Source: Bacteroidota bacterium
GTDB lineage: Bacteria; Bacteroidota; Bacteroidia; Flavobacteriales_D; Sanyastnellaceae
Assembly (NCBI GenBank): GCA_027621555.1
Contig: JAQCBJ010000002.1
Span: 30,796-94,795 of the forward strand
DNA length: 64,000 bases
Direction of reading: 5' to 3'
In this document: piece by piece, positions 51,083 to 60,800 of the stretch
How positions within the stretch are numbered: the stretch's first letter is position 1
Layout: each line of letters opens with the position of its first letter
Program-made: the position numbers and the translations under genes
The notes under the pieces: generated by a model
Databases searched by the model: none
Told to the model about the DNA's origin: nothing
Seen by the model: the letters and a program-made list of their open reading frames with translations, nothing else

Positions 51083-52414
51083 ATGAAACGACCTGATTGG
51101 CTTCGGCCCGCGCTTTTTGCAAGTGCATTGCTTTTGGTGTTGGGAGCAATTCCCTCGTATGGACAATCTGGCGATGCAGGAGTACAAAGTGGTCCGATGA
51201 TTGGCCACGTGAGCATGCGTTCCGTCCAACTCTGGATCCAAACGAACCACGAGGCCGACGTCCAAGTGCGATACGCTGCGGTGGAGTCTGAATTGGAGTT
51301 GATCACTCCGGTTCATCGGACCCGCCAAGAATCGGCTTTCACCGCGCACGTGAATTTGGATGGTTTGGAGCCTGGCACTCGTTACAACGTCGATTTTGTC
51401 ATTGACGGCGAGCCCTTGAAAGAATCGGTCGAAGTGGCGACTCAGGTGCTTTGGGATTACCGCATGGACCCACCAGCATTCAAAGTTGTGACCGGGAGCT
51501 GTGCGTACATCAACGAGGAAGCCTACGACCGACCTGGACGTCCTTACGGCGGAGGCTATGAGATTTTCGAAAGCATGGCTGCAGACGATCCCGACATGAT
51601 GCTTTGGTTGGGAGACAACATCTACTTGCGCGAAGTCGATTTCCAGTCCTACAGTGGGTTCCTGCATCGTTACACGCATACGCGCAGCACACCTGAAATG
51701 GCCAATTTGCTCAAAGCGTGCCCCAATTACGCCATCTGGGACGACCACGATTTTGGCCCCAACGACAGCGATGGAAGTTGGGTGCATGCCGACTGGTCGC
51801 GCGAGTCGTTCAAGGCGTTTTGGAGCAACCCCAGTTACGGTCTTCCGGAAGCACCAAGGTGCATTTCGACGGCGTTCAGATTCGTGGACATGGAGTTCTT
51901 CCTGCTGGACAACCGGACGTACCGCGTGAATCACTACAACAAGACCAACGAACCTCAGGTGCTAGGCCAAGACCAAATTGATTGGTTGATTCAAGCGTTG
52001 AGGAAGTCACGTGCACCGTACAAGTTTGTGGTCGTGGGAGGCCAAGTCCTGAGCGATGCCGCGGTGTACGAGAACGTGGCACAATTCCCTTCCGAGCGCC
52101 AGCAAATCTTGTCACGACTCGAGGCGGAGGACATCCGAGGCGTTGTGTTTTTGTCCGGGGATCGTCACACCACCGAACTTTCAGAGTTGACGTTGGCCAA
52201 CGGTCGAAAGGTCTATGACTTGACTGTGAGCCCCCTGACTTCAGGGCCAGGCCATGCGCGTGATGAGCCCAACACCTTGCGGGTGGAAGGAACGTACGTG
52301 GAGCAGCGAAACTACGCGGTGCTTTCGTTTGACGGACCGAGGAAGGATCGTACGTGCACCGTTGAAGTGAAAGGAACGGATGGAACGTCCCTGTGGAAGC
52401 GTGACCTCGACTGA
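51083..52414 (+). CDS. PhoD-like alkaline phosphatase / metallophosphatase
   Basis: Signal peptide. SGPMIGHVSMRSVQLWIQT (PhoD N-domain), AIWDDHDFGPND, FLSGDRH. Confidence 0.8.
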   Translation: MKRPDWLRPALFASALLLVLGAIPSYGQSGDAGVQSGPMIGHVSMRSVQLWIQTNHEADVQVRYAAVESELELITPVHRTRQESAFTAHVNLDGLEPGTRYNVDFVIDGEPLKESVEVATQVLWDYRMDPPAFKVVTGSCAYINEEAYDRPGRPYGGGYEIFESMAADDPDMMLWLGDNIYLREVDFQSYSGFLHRYTHTRSTPEMANLLKACPNYAIWDDHDFGPNDSDGSWVHADWSRESFKAFWSNPSYGLPEAPRCISTAFRFVDMEFFLLDNRTYRVNHYNKTNEPQVLGQDQIDWLIQALRKSRAPYKFVVVGGQVLSDAAVYENVAQFPSERQQILSRLEAEDIRGVVFLSGDRHTTELSELTLANGRKVYDLTVSPLTSGPGHARDEPNTLRVEGTYVEQRNYAVLSFDGPRKDRTCTVEVKGTDGTSLWKRDLD

Positions 52415-53052
52415 TGAGCCTTCACAGCCGCACAGATTACACACGAGGCCAACTCGATGCGGCCCAGGTTCAAGGTGACCCTTGGTCCCTTTTGCAGCGT
52501 TGGGTGAAAGAGGCTGTGGATGCGGGGATTCATGACCCAACGGCCTTCACCTTGTCCACGCTTGATGAGCGGGGCTTCCCGCACGGACGAGTGGTGCTTC
52601 TGCGTGACACAAGGGATGGAGAATTGGTGTTCTTCACGAATTACCAAAGCGAGAAGGGGCGTGATTTGGAGCGCATTCATAAAGGGGGCGCCACGTTTTT
52701 CTGGCCCCACGCAGAACGACAAATCCGCGTCCGTGGAACGGTGAAGCGCGTTCCGGAGTCGGAGTCGGATGCCTATTTCGCGTCTCGACCGCGCGGAAGT
52801 CAATTGGGAGCTTGGTCGTCAGACCAAAGCGAGCGGGTCGAATCCAGGTCCGACTTGGACGCTTCTTACGAACGGCAAGAGGTTCGCTTCAGCGATCAAG
52901 AGCAGGTGACACGTCCTCAGCATTGGGGTGGCTATGCCTTAGTGCCGGTGGAGATTGAATTCTGGCAAGGCCGCGCGTCCCGCATGCACGATCGCATCCG
53001 TTGCATTCGTGATGAGCACGGGGGATGGAGCATCTCGAGGCTTCAGCCCTGA
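52414..53052 (+). CDS. pdxH: Pyridoxamine 5'-phosphate oxidase
   Basis: RVVLLRD...FFTNYQSEKGRDL, IRVRGTV, AYFASRPRGSQLGAW, IEFWQGRASRMHDR. TGATG overlap with the upstream gene. Confidence 0.92.
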   Translation: MSLHSRTDYTRGQLDAAQVQGDPWSLLQRWVKEAVDAGIHDPTAFTLSTLDERGFPHGRVVLLRDTRDGELVFFTNYQSEKGRDLERIHKGGATFFWPHAERQIRVRGTVKRVPESESDAYFASRPRGSQLGAWSSDQSERVESRSDLDASYERQEVRFSDQEQVTRPQHWGGYALVPVEIEFWQGRASRMHDRIRCIRDEHGGWSISRLQP

Positions 53053-53054
53053 AT

Positions 53055-54269
53055 TCAGTCGTCCACGCGCAACACCAAACCTTTCAGGTAAGATCCTTCC
53101 GGGTGGAACACGTTGACGGGGTGGTCGGGGGGCTGATGCAACCGGTGCAGGATGCGGACGGTTCGACCTGCCTGGATGGCTGCCGCGACGAGGGTGTTGG
53201 TGAACAAAGCATCATCCACGGCTTGGCTGCACGAAAACGTGAAGAGCAAGGAACCTGGCTTCATTCCTTGCAAAGCCCTCAAGTTGATCCGCTTGTATCC
53301 CTGAACGGCCGCGTGCCGAGCTGACGCCCTTTTCGCGAAGGCCGGGGGGTCCAGCACCACGATGTCGTAATCGCTCAATTGATCCGCTTTCAGAAATTCG
53401 AGGGCGTCGGCTGCGATGCTCTTGTGCTGCTCCGGAGGAAAGGCATTGAGAGCCACGTTTTCTTCGCAGACGTCAAGTGCGCGCTGGGAACTGTCAAGGC
53501 TGTGCACTTCCAAGGCTCCCGCTTTCATGGCGTAGATGCTGAATCCGCCCGTGTAGCTGAACACATTCAGAACTTTCTTGCCTTGGGAGAGGCTGCCTAA
53601 CAGCGCACGATTCTCTCGCTGGTCCAAGAAGAATCCGGTCTTCTGTCCTTTTTCCCAATCAATCAAGAATCGGTGGCCGTGCTCGGTGGCGAAATGCCCT
53701 TCAGGGGCATGCCCCCAGGCCCATCCATCTTCGCTGGCCTCACCGCCGTTCTTGACGAGGGTCTTGGTACTTTTGTCGTAGATGCCTTTCAATGCTGGAC
53801 CCAGGGCAGCTTGGAAAGCTTCTGAGAGGATGGGAAGCGCGCGGTGCATGCCAGGTGTGTGGCATTGCAGAACAAGCACGCCGTTGTAGAAATCAGCAAT
53901 CAACCCAGGCATGCCGTCTCCTTCAGCATGGACCATACGGCACGCGTTTTGGTCTTCAGATTGAAAGAGGTTCAGGTCACGTCGCACTTGCACCGCGCTC
54001 GCGATTTGACGCATCCACCATTCTTTATTGGGGCAAGACTCGTCGAAGGACATCATCCGAACCGCAATGCTTGCGCTCGGTGCATAGTGGCCCCAGCCGA
54101 GGATGGCGCCTTTGTTGGCGCACACACGAACCCAATCTCCAGCTTGGGGGTTTCCTTGAATATGCTTGATGCCGCCGCTGAACACCCAAGGGTGTTTGCG
54201 ACGAATGCTCTCGTCTCTCTTGGGCTTAAGGGTGACCGTGGCCAAAGATGGGGGTGGGGTGGAGTCCAT
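53055..54269 (-). CDS. rlmI: 23S rRNA m5C methyltransferase RlmI-like (PUA + class I SAM MTase)
   Basis: LKPKRDESIRRKHPWVFSGGI, VLNVFSYTGGFS, VVLDPPAF. Confidence 0.85.
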   Translation of the reverse strand: MDSTPPPSLATVTLKPKRDESIRRKHPWVFSGGIKHIQGNPQAGDWVRVCANKGAILGWGHYAPSASIAVRMMSFDESCPNKEWWMRQIASAVQVRRDLNLFQSEDQNACRMVHAEGDGMPGLIADFYNGVLVLQCHTPGMHRALPILSEAFQAALGPALKGIYDKSTKTLVKNGGEASEDGWAWGHAPEGHFATEHGHRFLIDWEKGQKTGFFLDQRENRALLGSLSQGKKVLNVFSYTGGFSIYAMKAGALEVHSLDSSQRALDVCEENVALNAFPPEQHKSIAADALEFLKADQLSDYDIVVLDPPAFAKRASARHAAVQGYKRINLRALQGMKPGSLLFTFSCSQAVDDALFTNTLVAAAIQAGRTVRILHRLHQPPDHPVNVFHPEGSYLKGLVLRVDD

Positions 54270-54278
54270 GGCGCAAAA

Positions 54279-56150
54279 CTACGCGTTCGGTCGCTCGTCG
54301 GACCACTTCACGCTCGTTCCGTTGGCCACAACTCGCCCCTCGCGGTACCAACGAGCGAGCACATTTCGCGCGGGGGTCCGATGCCCTGCTGGGAGCGCGA
54401 GCAATTTGCGCTCAACGAGGATTGGTCCCTCGTCGAGCCAACCCGTCCATGCCTTCTCCCATGTGTCCGTGGATTGTGAACAGAGGTCGCACACTCCGCA
54501 AGCATGCCCATCGAATTCACCAAAGGCTTGTTCCAAGATTTGAGCTCGACAAGCTGTTTCCTCGCCGAAGGCATAGCTCTGCACCATGTCCAATTTCTCC
54601 AACAAGAGTTTCAACCTGCTTCGATCCACTGTGACGTTGGCCGTGGCCCTTCGTGGTTGCATCCATTGAAGCGTGGGCGACGCCGGACTTGGGTGCCAGT
54701 CCAACCTTCCTTGCGCATCCAAGGATTCCAAGGCCAGGACCAAGTCTTCAGACGTCCAAACGTCTCCATAAGCCTTGTCCAGGGCATCACATAGGCCTTT
54801 GACGGACACTTGGAGGTCAACCGACGAGGCATGCCGTTCCAACCACATCATCAGGTGAAGTGATTTGGGATCCGCATGCGATGCTGTCCCTTGCTGCAAC
54901 CAGCGAAGCTTACCTGCTTGCCCCGCTTTCAAAGGAGGGTCTTTCAATTCGAAGTGCCCAGCCAACGCCAACAAACGCAGCGCAGGAATCCATTGATGCG
55001 CGTTCACAACGAGTGGGGTCTCCGGTTTTTCGCCGAGAGTGGCGTAGGATGCGTTGGCAGCCCATTGGTAGGCTAGCCTGACTTTGTCGAGGTCGGGGAA
55101 CTGCTTCGACATGCGGTCTGCGAGAATGGAGAAATCTTTTTCCTCTGCGTACAAGACACATTCACTCGATGCGCCATCGCGACCTGCTCGTCCTGCCTCC
55201 TGAACGTATGCCTCCAATTGAGGAGAAGGCCCCGCGTGAAACACCCAACGGACATGAGGCGCATCGATTCCCATGCCAAAGGCGCTGGTGCATGTCAACA
55301 CTTGCAGTTTTCCGTCCATCCACATGCGTTGACGTCGTTGTTTCTCGCGTGCAGGGAGTCCTGCATGGTAGGAGGCGGCTTGAACTTTGGCTCCTTGTAG
55401 CCGTTGTGCCCAACGTTCGCTTTCGTGCCTGGACTGGACGTAGATGAGGCCTTGGTCTCGTCGTTGAAGAACGTCGTGGAGCAGGGTGGCGTCTCGGTCT
55501 CCCCACGTTGACACGGAAAACCTCAAGTTAGGTCGACGCATGGAGGACCGATGGGTAACCACGCCGTCAGGCATTTGCTTAGCCACATCCTCGAGCACTT
55601 CCGCGGTGGCCGTTGCCGTGTAGGCGCCCCAAACCGCGTTGGGGAAGATCGATTGAAGGTCGAGGATGTGTTTGAAAGCGGGGCGAAAGTCGTGCCCCCA
55701 CTGCGAGATGCAGTGAGCCTCATCCACAACCACCGTCGTCACATCCCAATGCTCGCACCGTGCCAGAAACATGGGGTGCTTCAGGCGCTCTGGCGAGAGG
55801 TACAAGAATTGGGTTTTTCCGAATCGAACGTTGTCCAGGACACGGTCGCCGCTGTTTCCGACCCAGGCTTCCGCTCGAATTCCCTTGCGCCTCAATGCTT
55901 CGCATTGATCCTCCATCAACGCGATGAGGGGGGTCACAACAAGGCAAAGCCCTCCTCGCGCCAGCGCCGGCAGCTGGAAGCACAGGCTTTTGCCGCCACC
56001 CGTTGGCAACAGGGCAAGCGTGTGCCGCCCCGCATGCAAATCGAGCACGGGCCCCGTTTGGTGAGCACGCAACCGCTCAAAACCCCAGTGCTTCTGGAGG
56101 AGGGAACGGAGTTCCTCAGGGACGACGGATGAAGATTCTTGCGGAGTCAT
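54279..56150 (-). CDS. recQ: RecQ-family ATP-dependent DNA helicase
   Basis: LLPTGGGKSLCFQLPA, VVDEAHCISQWGHDFRP, TATAT, FGMGIDAP, QEAGRAGRDG, and a distal Cys cluster CGVCDLC. Start taken at ATG 56150. Confidence 0.88.
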   Translation of the reverse strand: MTPQESSSVVPEELRSLLQKHWGFERLRAHQTGPVLDLHAGRHTLALLPTGGGKSLCFQLPALARGGLCLVVTPLIALMEDQCEALRRKGIRAEAWVGNSGDRVLDNVRFGKTQFLYLSPERLKHPMFLARCEHWDVTTVVVDEAHCISQWGHDFRPAFKHILDLQSIFPNAVWGAYTATATAEVLEDVAKQMPDGVVTHRSSMRRPNLRFSVSTWGDRDATLLHDVLQRRDQGLIYVQSRHESERWAQRLQGAKVQAASYHAGLPAREKQRRQRMWMDGKLQVLTCTSAFGMGIDAPHVRWVFHAGPSPQLEAYVQEAGRAGRDGASSECVLYAEEKDFSILADRMSKQFPDLDKVRLAYQWAANASYATLGEKPETPLVVNAHQWIPALRLLALAGHFELKDPPLKAGQAGKLRWLQQGTASHADPKSLHLMMWLERHASSVDLQVSVKGLCDALDKAYGDVWTSEDLVLALESLDAQGRLDWHPSPASPTLQWMQPRRATANVTVDRSRLKLLLEKLDMVQSYAFGEETACRAQILEQAFGEFDGHACGVCDLCSQSTDTWEKAWTGWLDEGPILVERKLLALPAGHRTPARNVLARWYREGRVVANGTSVKWSDERPNA

Positions 56151-56206
56151 GCGGTGGTCACGAATGGGTTGCCGAATTTTGGCCCTCAATCGACAGAACA
56201 AAAGTG

Positions 56207-56968
56207 ATGCGGAACCTTGTAGCAGGAAACTGGAAGAGCAACAAATTGATGGGTGAGGCTCTGGAATGGATGAACGGCATGGGACCTTGGTTGGCCCAAA
56301 ACCACGGAGTTCGTGTGATGGCCGCGGTGCCTGCGCCGTATTTGGCGGTTTGCGCTGAAAAGGCACCCGAGGGGTTGGAGGTTCTTGCCCAAAACGTGAG
56401 TGCCGAGGGTTTTGGAGCTCACACAGGCGAATTCACTGCGGAGATGCTCAAATCGTGCGGGGTGGCCGGAGCACTCGTGGGGCACAGCGAGCGCCGTGCT
56501 CGCTTTAGCGACACCGATGCGGCCGTGGCGGCCAAGGTGGATGCGTTGCTCGATGCCGGATTGGTGGTCGTGTTTTGTTGCGGCGAGACCCTGCAAGAAC
56601 GGGAAAGTGGAAGGGCAGAAGACGTGGTGCTTCAGCAGCTTCAATCGGGAGTTTTGCGATTGGGTGCAGAACGGATGGACCGCGTGGTGGTGGCCTACGA
56701 ACCGGTTTGGGCCATTGGCACGGGGAAAACAGCGACGTCTGGACAGGCGCAAGAAATGCATGCTTGCATCCGCAAATGGCTCGATGAGGCTTTTGGAGCC
56801 GAAGTCGCTCAACGCGTGCCCTTGCTGTACGGCGGGTCGTGCAAGGCGAGCAATGCTGCAGAGCTGTTCTCCCAAACGGACATCGACGGGGGGCTGATTG
56901 GCGGCGCATCGCTCGACCCGCATGATTTTCAAGGGGTATTGGAGGGGCATCCCGGACTGAATCGGTAA
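56207..56968 (+). CDS. tpiA: Triose-phosphate isomerase
   Basis: VAGNWKSN, VGHSERR, AYEPVWAIGTG, GGASL. Confidence 0.93.
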   Translation: MRNLVAGNWKSNKLMGEALEWMNGMGPWLAQNHGVRVMAAVPAPYLAVCAEKAPEGLEVLAQNVSAEGFGAHTGEFTAEMLKSCGVAGALVGHSERRARFSDTDAAVAAKVDALLDAGLVVVFCCGETLQERESGRAEDVVLQQLQSGVLRLGAERMDRVVVAYEPVWAIGTGKTATSGQAQEMHACIRKWLDEAFGAEVAQRVPLLYGGSCKASNAAELFSQTDIDGGLIGGASLDPHDFQGVLEGHPGLNR

Positions 56969-56971
56969 GCG

Positions 56972-57853
56972 TTGGTGAAGGAATTTCATACGTGGGACAT
57001 CGCATTAGATCCCGTGCTTCCAGCACGTGAGGTGGCGGTGGCGTACCTGAACGAGTGCGGGTTTTCCATGTTTGAACCCCACGATCACGGTGTGCTTGCG
57101 CACGGCGAGGTGGGTGAAGTCCAAACCGACGAGGCCGAAGCTTGCCTCGAGACCATTCGAGCTTTCGCCACCGTGACGTGCGAGAAACGAATTGTGGCGC
57201 AAGAGAATTGGAACGCGCAATGGGAATCGGAATACCCGCAGGTTGTGGTAGAAGACGACGAGGGCCGAGCCTTGTGCACCATTCGAGCTCCGTTTCACGT
57301 GGCGCCCTCATCGGGCCTCGACGTGGTGGTCGCGCCACAGATGAGTTTTGGGACCGGTCACCACGCGACGACGTACCTGATGACGCGCACGCTCATGGCC
57401 TTGGACGTCAAAGGCAAGCCTGTGTTGGACATGGGCTGCGGCACCGGCGTGCTGGCCCTGGTGGCGGCGTTGCAAGGTGCCAGCTCCGTCTTGGGCATCG
57501 ACATTGAAGCGGACGCCGTGGCCAATTCCATGGACAACGTGGCCTTGAACCCGGGACTCGGGAAGGGCAAAGGCAACCTGGAATTCCGTCAAGGCGATGG
57601 GAGTGCGTTGGACGAGGTGCCTGATGAAGCGTGGGAGGTGATTTGCGCCAACATTCACAAAAACGTCTTGACGGCGGACATGAACCGATACGCTCGAACG
57701 TTGTCCCAAGGTGGATCCTTGTTGCTTAGCGGATTTTTTGAAGGCGACGTGCGCGACCTTCAAAAGGTTGTGGAACGCCACGGCTTGCGCGTGTTGGCCG
57801 TGGACCATCGAGAGGGGTGGGCGTGCATGCATTGTGGGAAACCTTCCGCCTGA
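56972..57853 (+). CDS. prmA: Ribosomal protein L11 methyltransferase
   Basis: MSFGTGHHATT, VLDMGCGTGVLAL, LLLSGF. The start is TTG 56972 or GTG 56975. Confidence 0.88.
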   Translation: MVKEFHTWDIALDPVLPAREVAVAYLNECGFSMFEPHDHGVLAHGEVGEVQTDEAEACLETIRAFATVTCEKRIVAQENWNAQWESEYPQVVVEDDEGRALCTIRAPFHVAPSSGLDVVVAPQMSFGTGHHATTYLMTRTLMALDVKGKPVLDMGCGTGVLALVAALQGASSVLGIDIEADAVANSMDNVALNPGLGKGKGNLEFRQGDGSALDEVPDEAWEVICANIHKNVLTADMNRYARTLSQGGSLLLSGFFEGDVRDLQKVVERHGLRVLAVDHREGWACMHCGKPSA

Positions 57854-57881
57854 CTCTGCCCCAAACCCTGTCCCCCAATTC

Positions 57882-57889
57882 TACCTTCA
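57882..57889 (+). promoter_or_regulatory. -7-like box TACCTTCA, 4 nt upstream of ATG 57894
   Basis: Reads TACCTTCA-cccc-ATG. Confidence 0.4.
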
Positions 57890-57893
57890 CCCC

Positions 57894-60800
57894 ATGAAGA
57901 TTCGCTTGGTGTGGCTTGCCTTGGCCGTGGCATGCCTTTGGCCTGTCGTCGTTTGTGCCCAGTCAAACGACTCCTCCCCGGAGAACACCTCCGCGTTTTT
58001 GAAAGACATGGAGCGAAAGGCGTCCGAAGTCAACTCCGACGACGCCAAATGGGTGCGGCGTGATTTTTCGTACGCCTTTGAGGACGAGGCCGTTGGCGAA
58101 GACCGCCGACAGCAGCTGATCCAAGTCGTGCGTGCACTCGAAGAGAACCGTACCAAATTCAGCGTCGCCGTGCTCGGTTACATGCGAGGTGCCCGCATCT
58201 TGCTTCAAAGAAAGGATTGGAAGGCTTGGGCCGATTGGCACACGCAAATCGACTATTTCCTGACGCACCCTAAAGAGCGCAAGGAGTCGGAGTCCTTCCT
58301 TGAATTGGCCGAAGGGTTGTTTTCGCAAGGGTTGTTGTATCAATCCACCAGCGCAACGTGGTATTTCAGAGGGGGACAGATCGGGTTGGGAACAGATGCC
58401 CAAGGCATGCCGGTGTGGGACTGTTCCATGGGGACACTCGTCTGTTTGTCCAAAGGGGACAGCGCCCGCGTTCGGGAGGTATCAGGACAACACCGTCCTC
58501 TCGAAGAGCGATTCTACGGAGCCTCCGGAAAGGTGGAGTGGGAGCGCACGACCAACGAAGGCGAACTCTCCGCGGAATTGGGGTTGTTTGAAGTTCGGGT
58601 GAAGGGAAGTTCCTTCTCCACGGAACAGGCGCGGCTCCGCAGCACCTTGTTTGACCTCCCGCTCGAAGGCGTCCTGATTTTCAAGGTTCAGGGAGAGGAC
58701 AAGATCCAACAGCGGACGTACCCACGCTTTGAGTCTCGTACCGGGCGCGTGGTGTTGGAAGACGTCTTCCCTGGAGTGTCCTTTGAGGGGGGACTGCAGG
58801 TTCGAGGCTCCAAGCTGGCGGGGACAGGGTCGGACAACCAATGGGCCAAGCTGTCCATCATGAACCACGACACGTTGTTCATCCAGTGCTGGTCGGATCA
58901 GGTCTTGTTCTCAGACAATTCGATCGACGCGACGCATGCGAGGTTGTCGTTGTTGTTTGGGGAAGACAGCATCTACCACCCGGACATCAAGGTCAAATAC
59001 CTCGACGAACAAAAGCTCTTTCGGGCCACGCGCCAAACCGAAGGCGTGGGGCAACAACCCTTCATCGACACCTACCACGCCATTGAAATGGAGGTGGAGG
59101 CGGTAGAGTGGGAGCTCAACAGCCCCTCGGTGGTGTTTCGCAGGTTGACCAGCGACCGTCCGGAACCTGCCGCATTCCGGAGCTTGGATTGCTTTGAATT
59201 GGACGTCTACGACCAAATGATGGGAATCGACCCCATTCACCCGCTCGCCGAGCTCGCCACGTACATGGCGCGACGTGGCGTGACGTCGTTCTATTCCGAA
59301 GAATATGCGGATTTCTTGGGCCTGCAGGAAGAGCAAGCCCGCATGCTTCTGATCGGTTTGACCAATTCAGGTTACGTGGATTTGGACGTGGCCACCCACT
59401 TTTGTGAAGTCAAGCCTCGCGCTGAAAGGCACATCAAGGCCCGAAAGGGGGTCATCGACTACGACGTTTTGGCGTTTTACTCGAATCCCAACCAAAGCTC
59501 CACCAACGCCGTCCTCAGCCTGAACAACCGAAGGCTTGAGCTCAAGGGCATTGGTCGCTTTGGGGTGAGTGAGGCTCAGGATGTGAAGATCATTCCCGAC
59601 GGCGGGGAGTTGGCCCTTGGCAAAAACCGAAGTTTTGAATTCAACGGGGTGATTCAAGCCGGGAAATTCGAATTGCGCGGCGCGGAGTTTGCCTTTGACT
59701 ACGACGCGTTTAAACTCGACGTGCGCCAAGCGGAATCCCTTCGAATTTTGGTGGAAATCGACGGGGAATTCGATGCGTACGGCCAAAAGATGCGGTGGAT
59801 GGCGAGCACCATTGAAGAAATCACCGGAACCTTGGAAATCGACCACCCCAACAACAAGTCGGGGTGGAAGAGCGACCGGTACACCCAATACCCGATCCTT
59901 ACAAGCCGGGAGGTGTCGCACGTCTACTACGACGCCGGATACATTTGCGGCGGAGCGTATCACCGCGACGATTTCAACTACGCGGTGGATCCGTTTGTCA
60001 TTGACAGCCTGGACAACTTCAAGAAGGAAGATCTGATTTTTGAAGGGGAGTTGCTGGCAGGGGGCATCGTGCCAGACCTCGTCGAACCTCTGCGCTTGAT
60101 GGAGGACTACAGCCTTGGTTTCACCCGCAAAACACCACCTCAGGGCTACCCGCTTTACGAAGGGCTGGGCACCGTGACGGGCGATTTGACGCTCAACCTT
60201 GGGGGATTGCACGGTCCGGGTTCCATCGACTTTTTGACGTCGCACCTGGAAGGGGAAGACAACACGCTCGTCCCGGATTCGGCGTACGGACGCACCACCT
60301 TGTACGACAACGTGGCTCGAACGGGATCCATCCCGCTGGTGAGCGCAAGTGTGGCGGACTTTGGGCTCCAATCTTACGGCAAGCGGCTCTACGTTCGTTC
60401 CACCCCGCTGGACTCACTGCAGTTCTTCGGCGAGGACGTTTACTTGAAAGGTGAATTGGAATTGACTGAGCCCAAAATGACCGGCCGTGGAACCTTCATG
60501 TTCGAACGCGCTGAATTGGCCTCCCAAGATTTCCTGATGAAGGAACGGACCATTGATGCGGACGTGGCGGCCTTCGAGCTTCAAGGGTCGGACCTCAACG
60601 AGGTGGCGTTTGGCACGGACAACGTGTCGGCTCACGTGGATTTTGACCTGCGTCGCGGGGACTTCAAGGCGCACGACGGAGCCACGCTCATCGACTTGCC
60701 GGCCATTCGTTACCAATGCCTGATGGACGAGTTTTCGTGGTTCATGGACGAGGAAAGGCTCGACTTGATGAACACGTTGATCGACCCTTCAGCAATGACG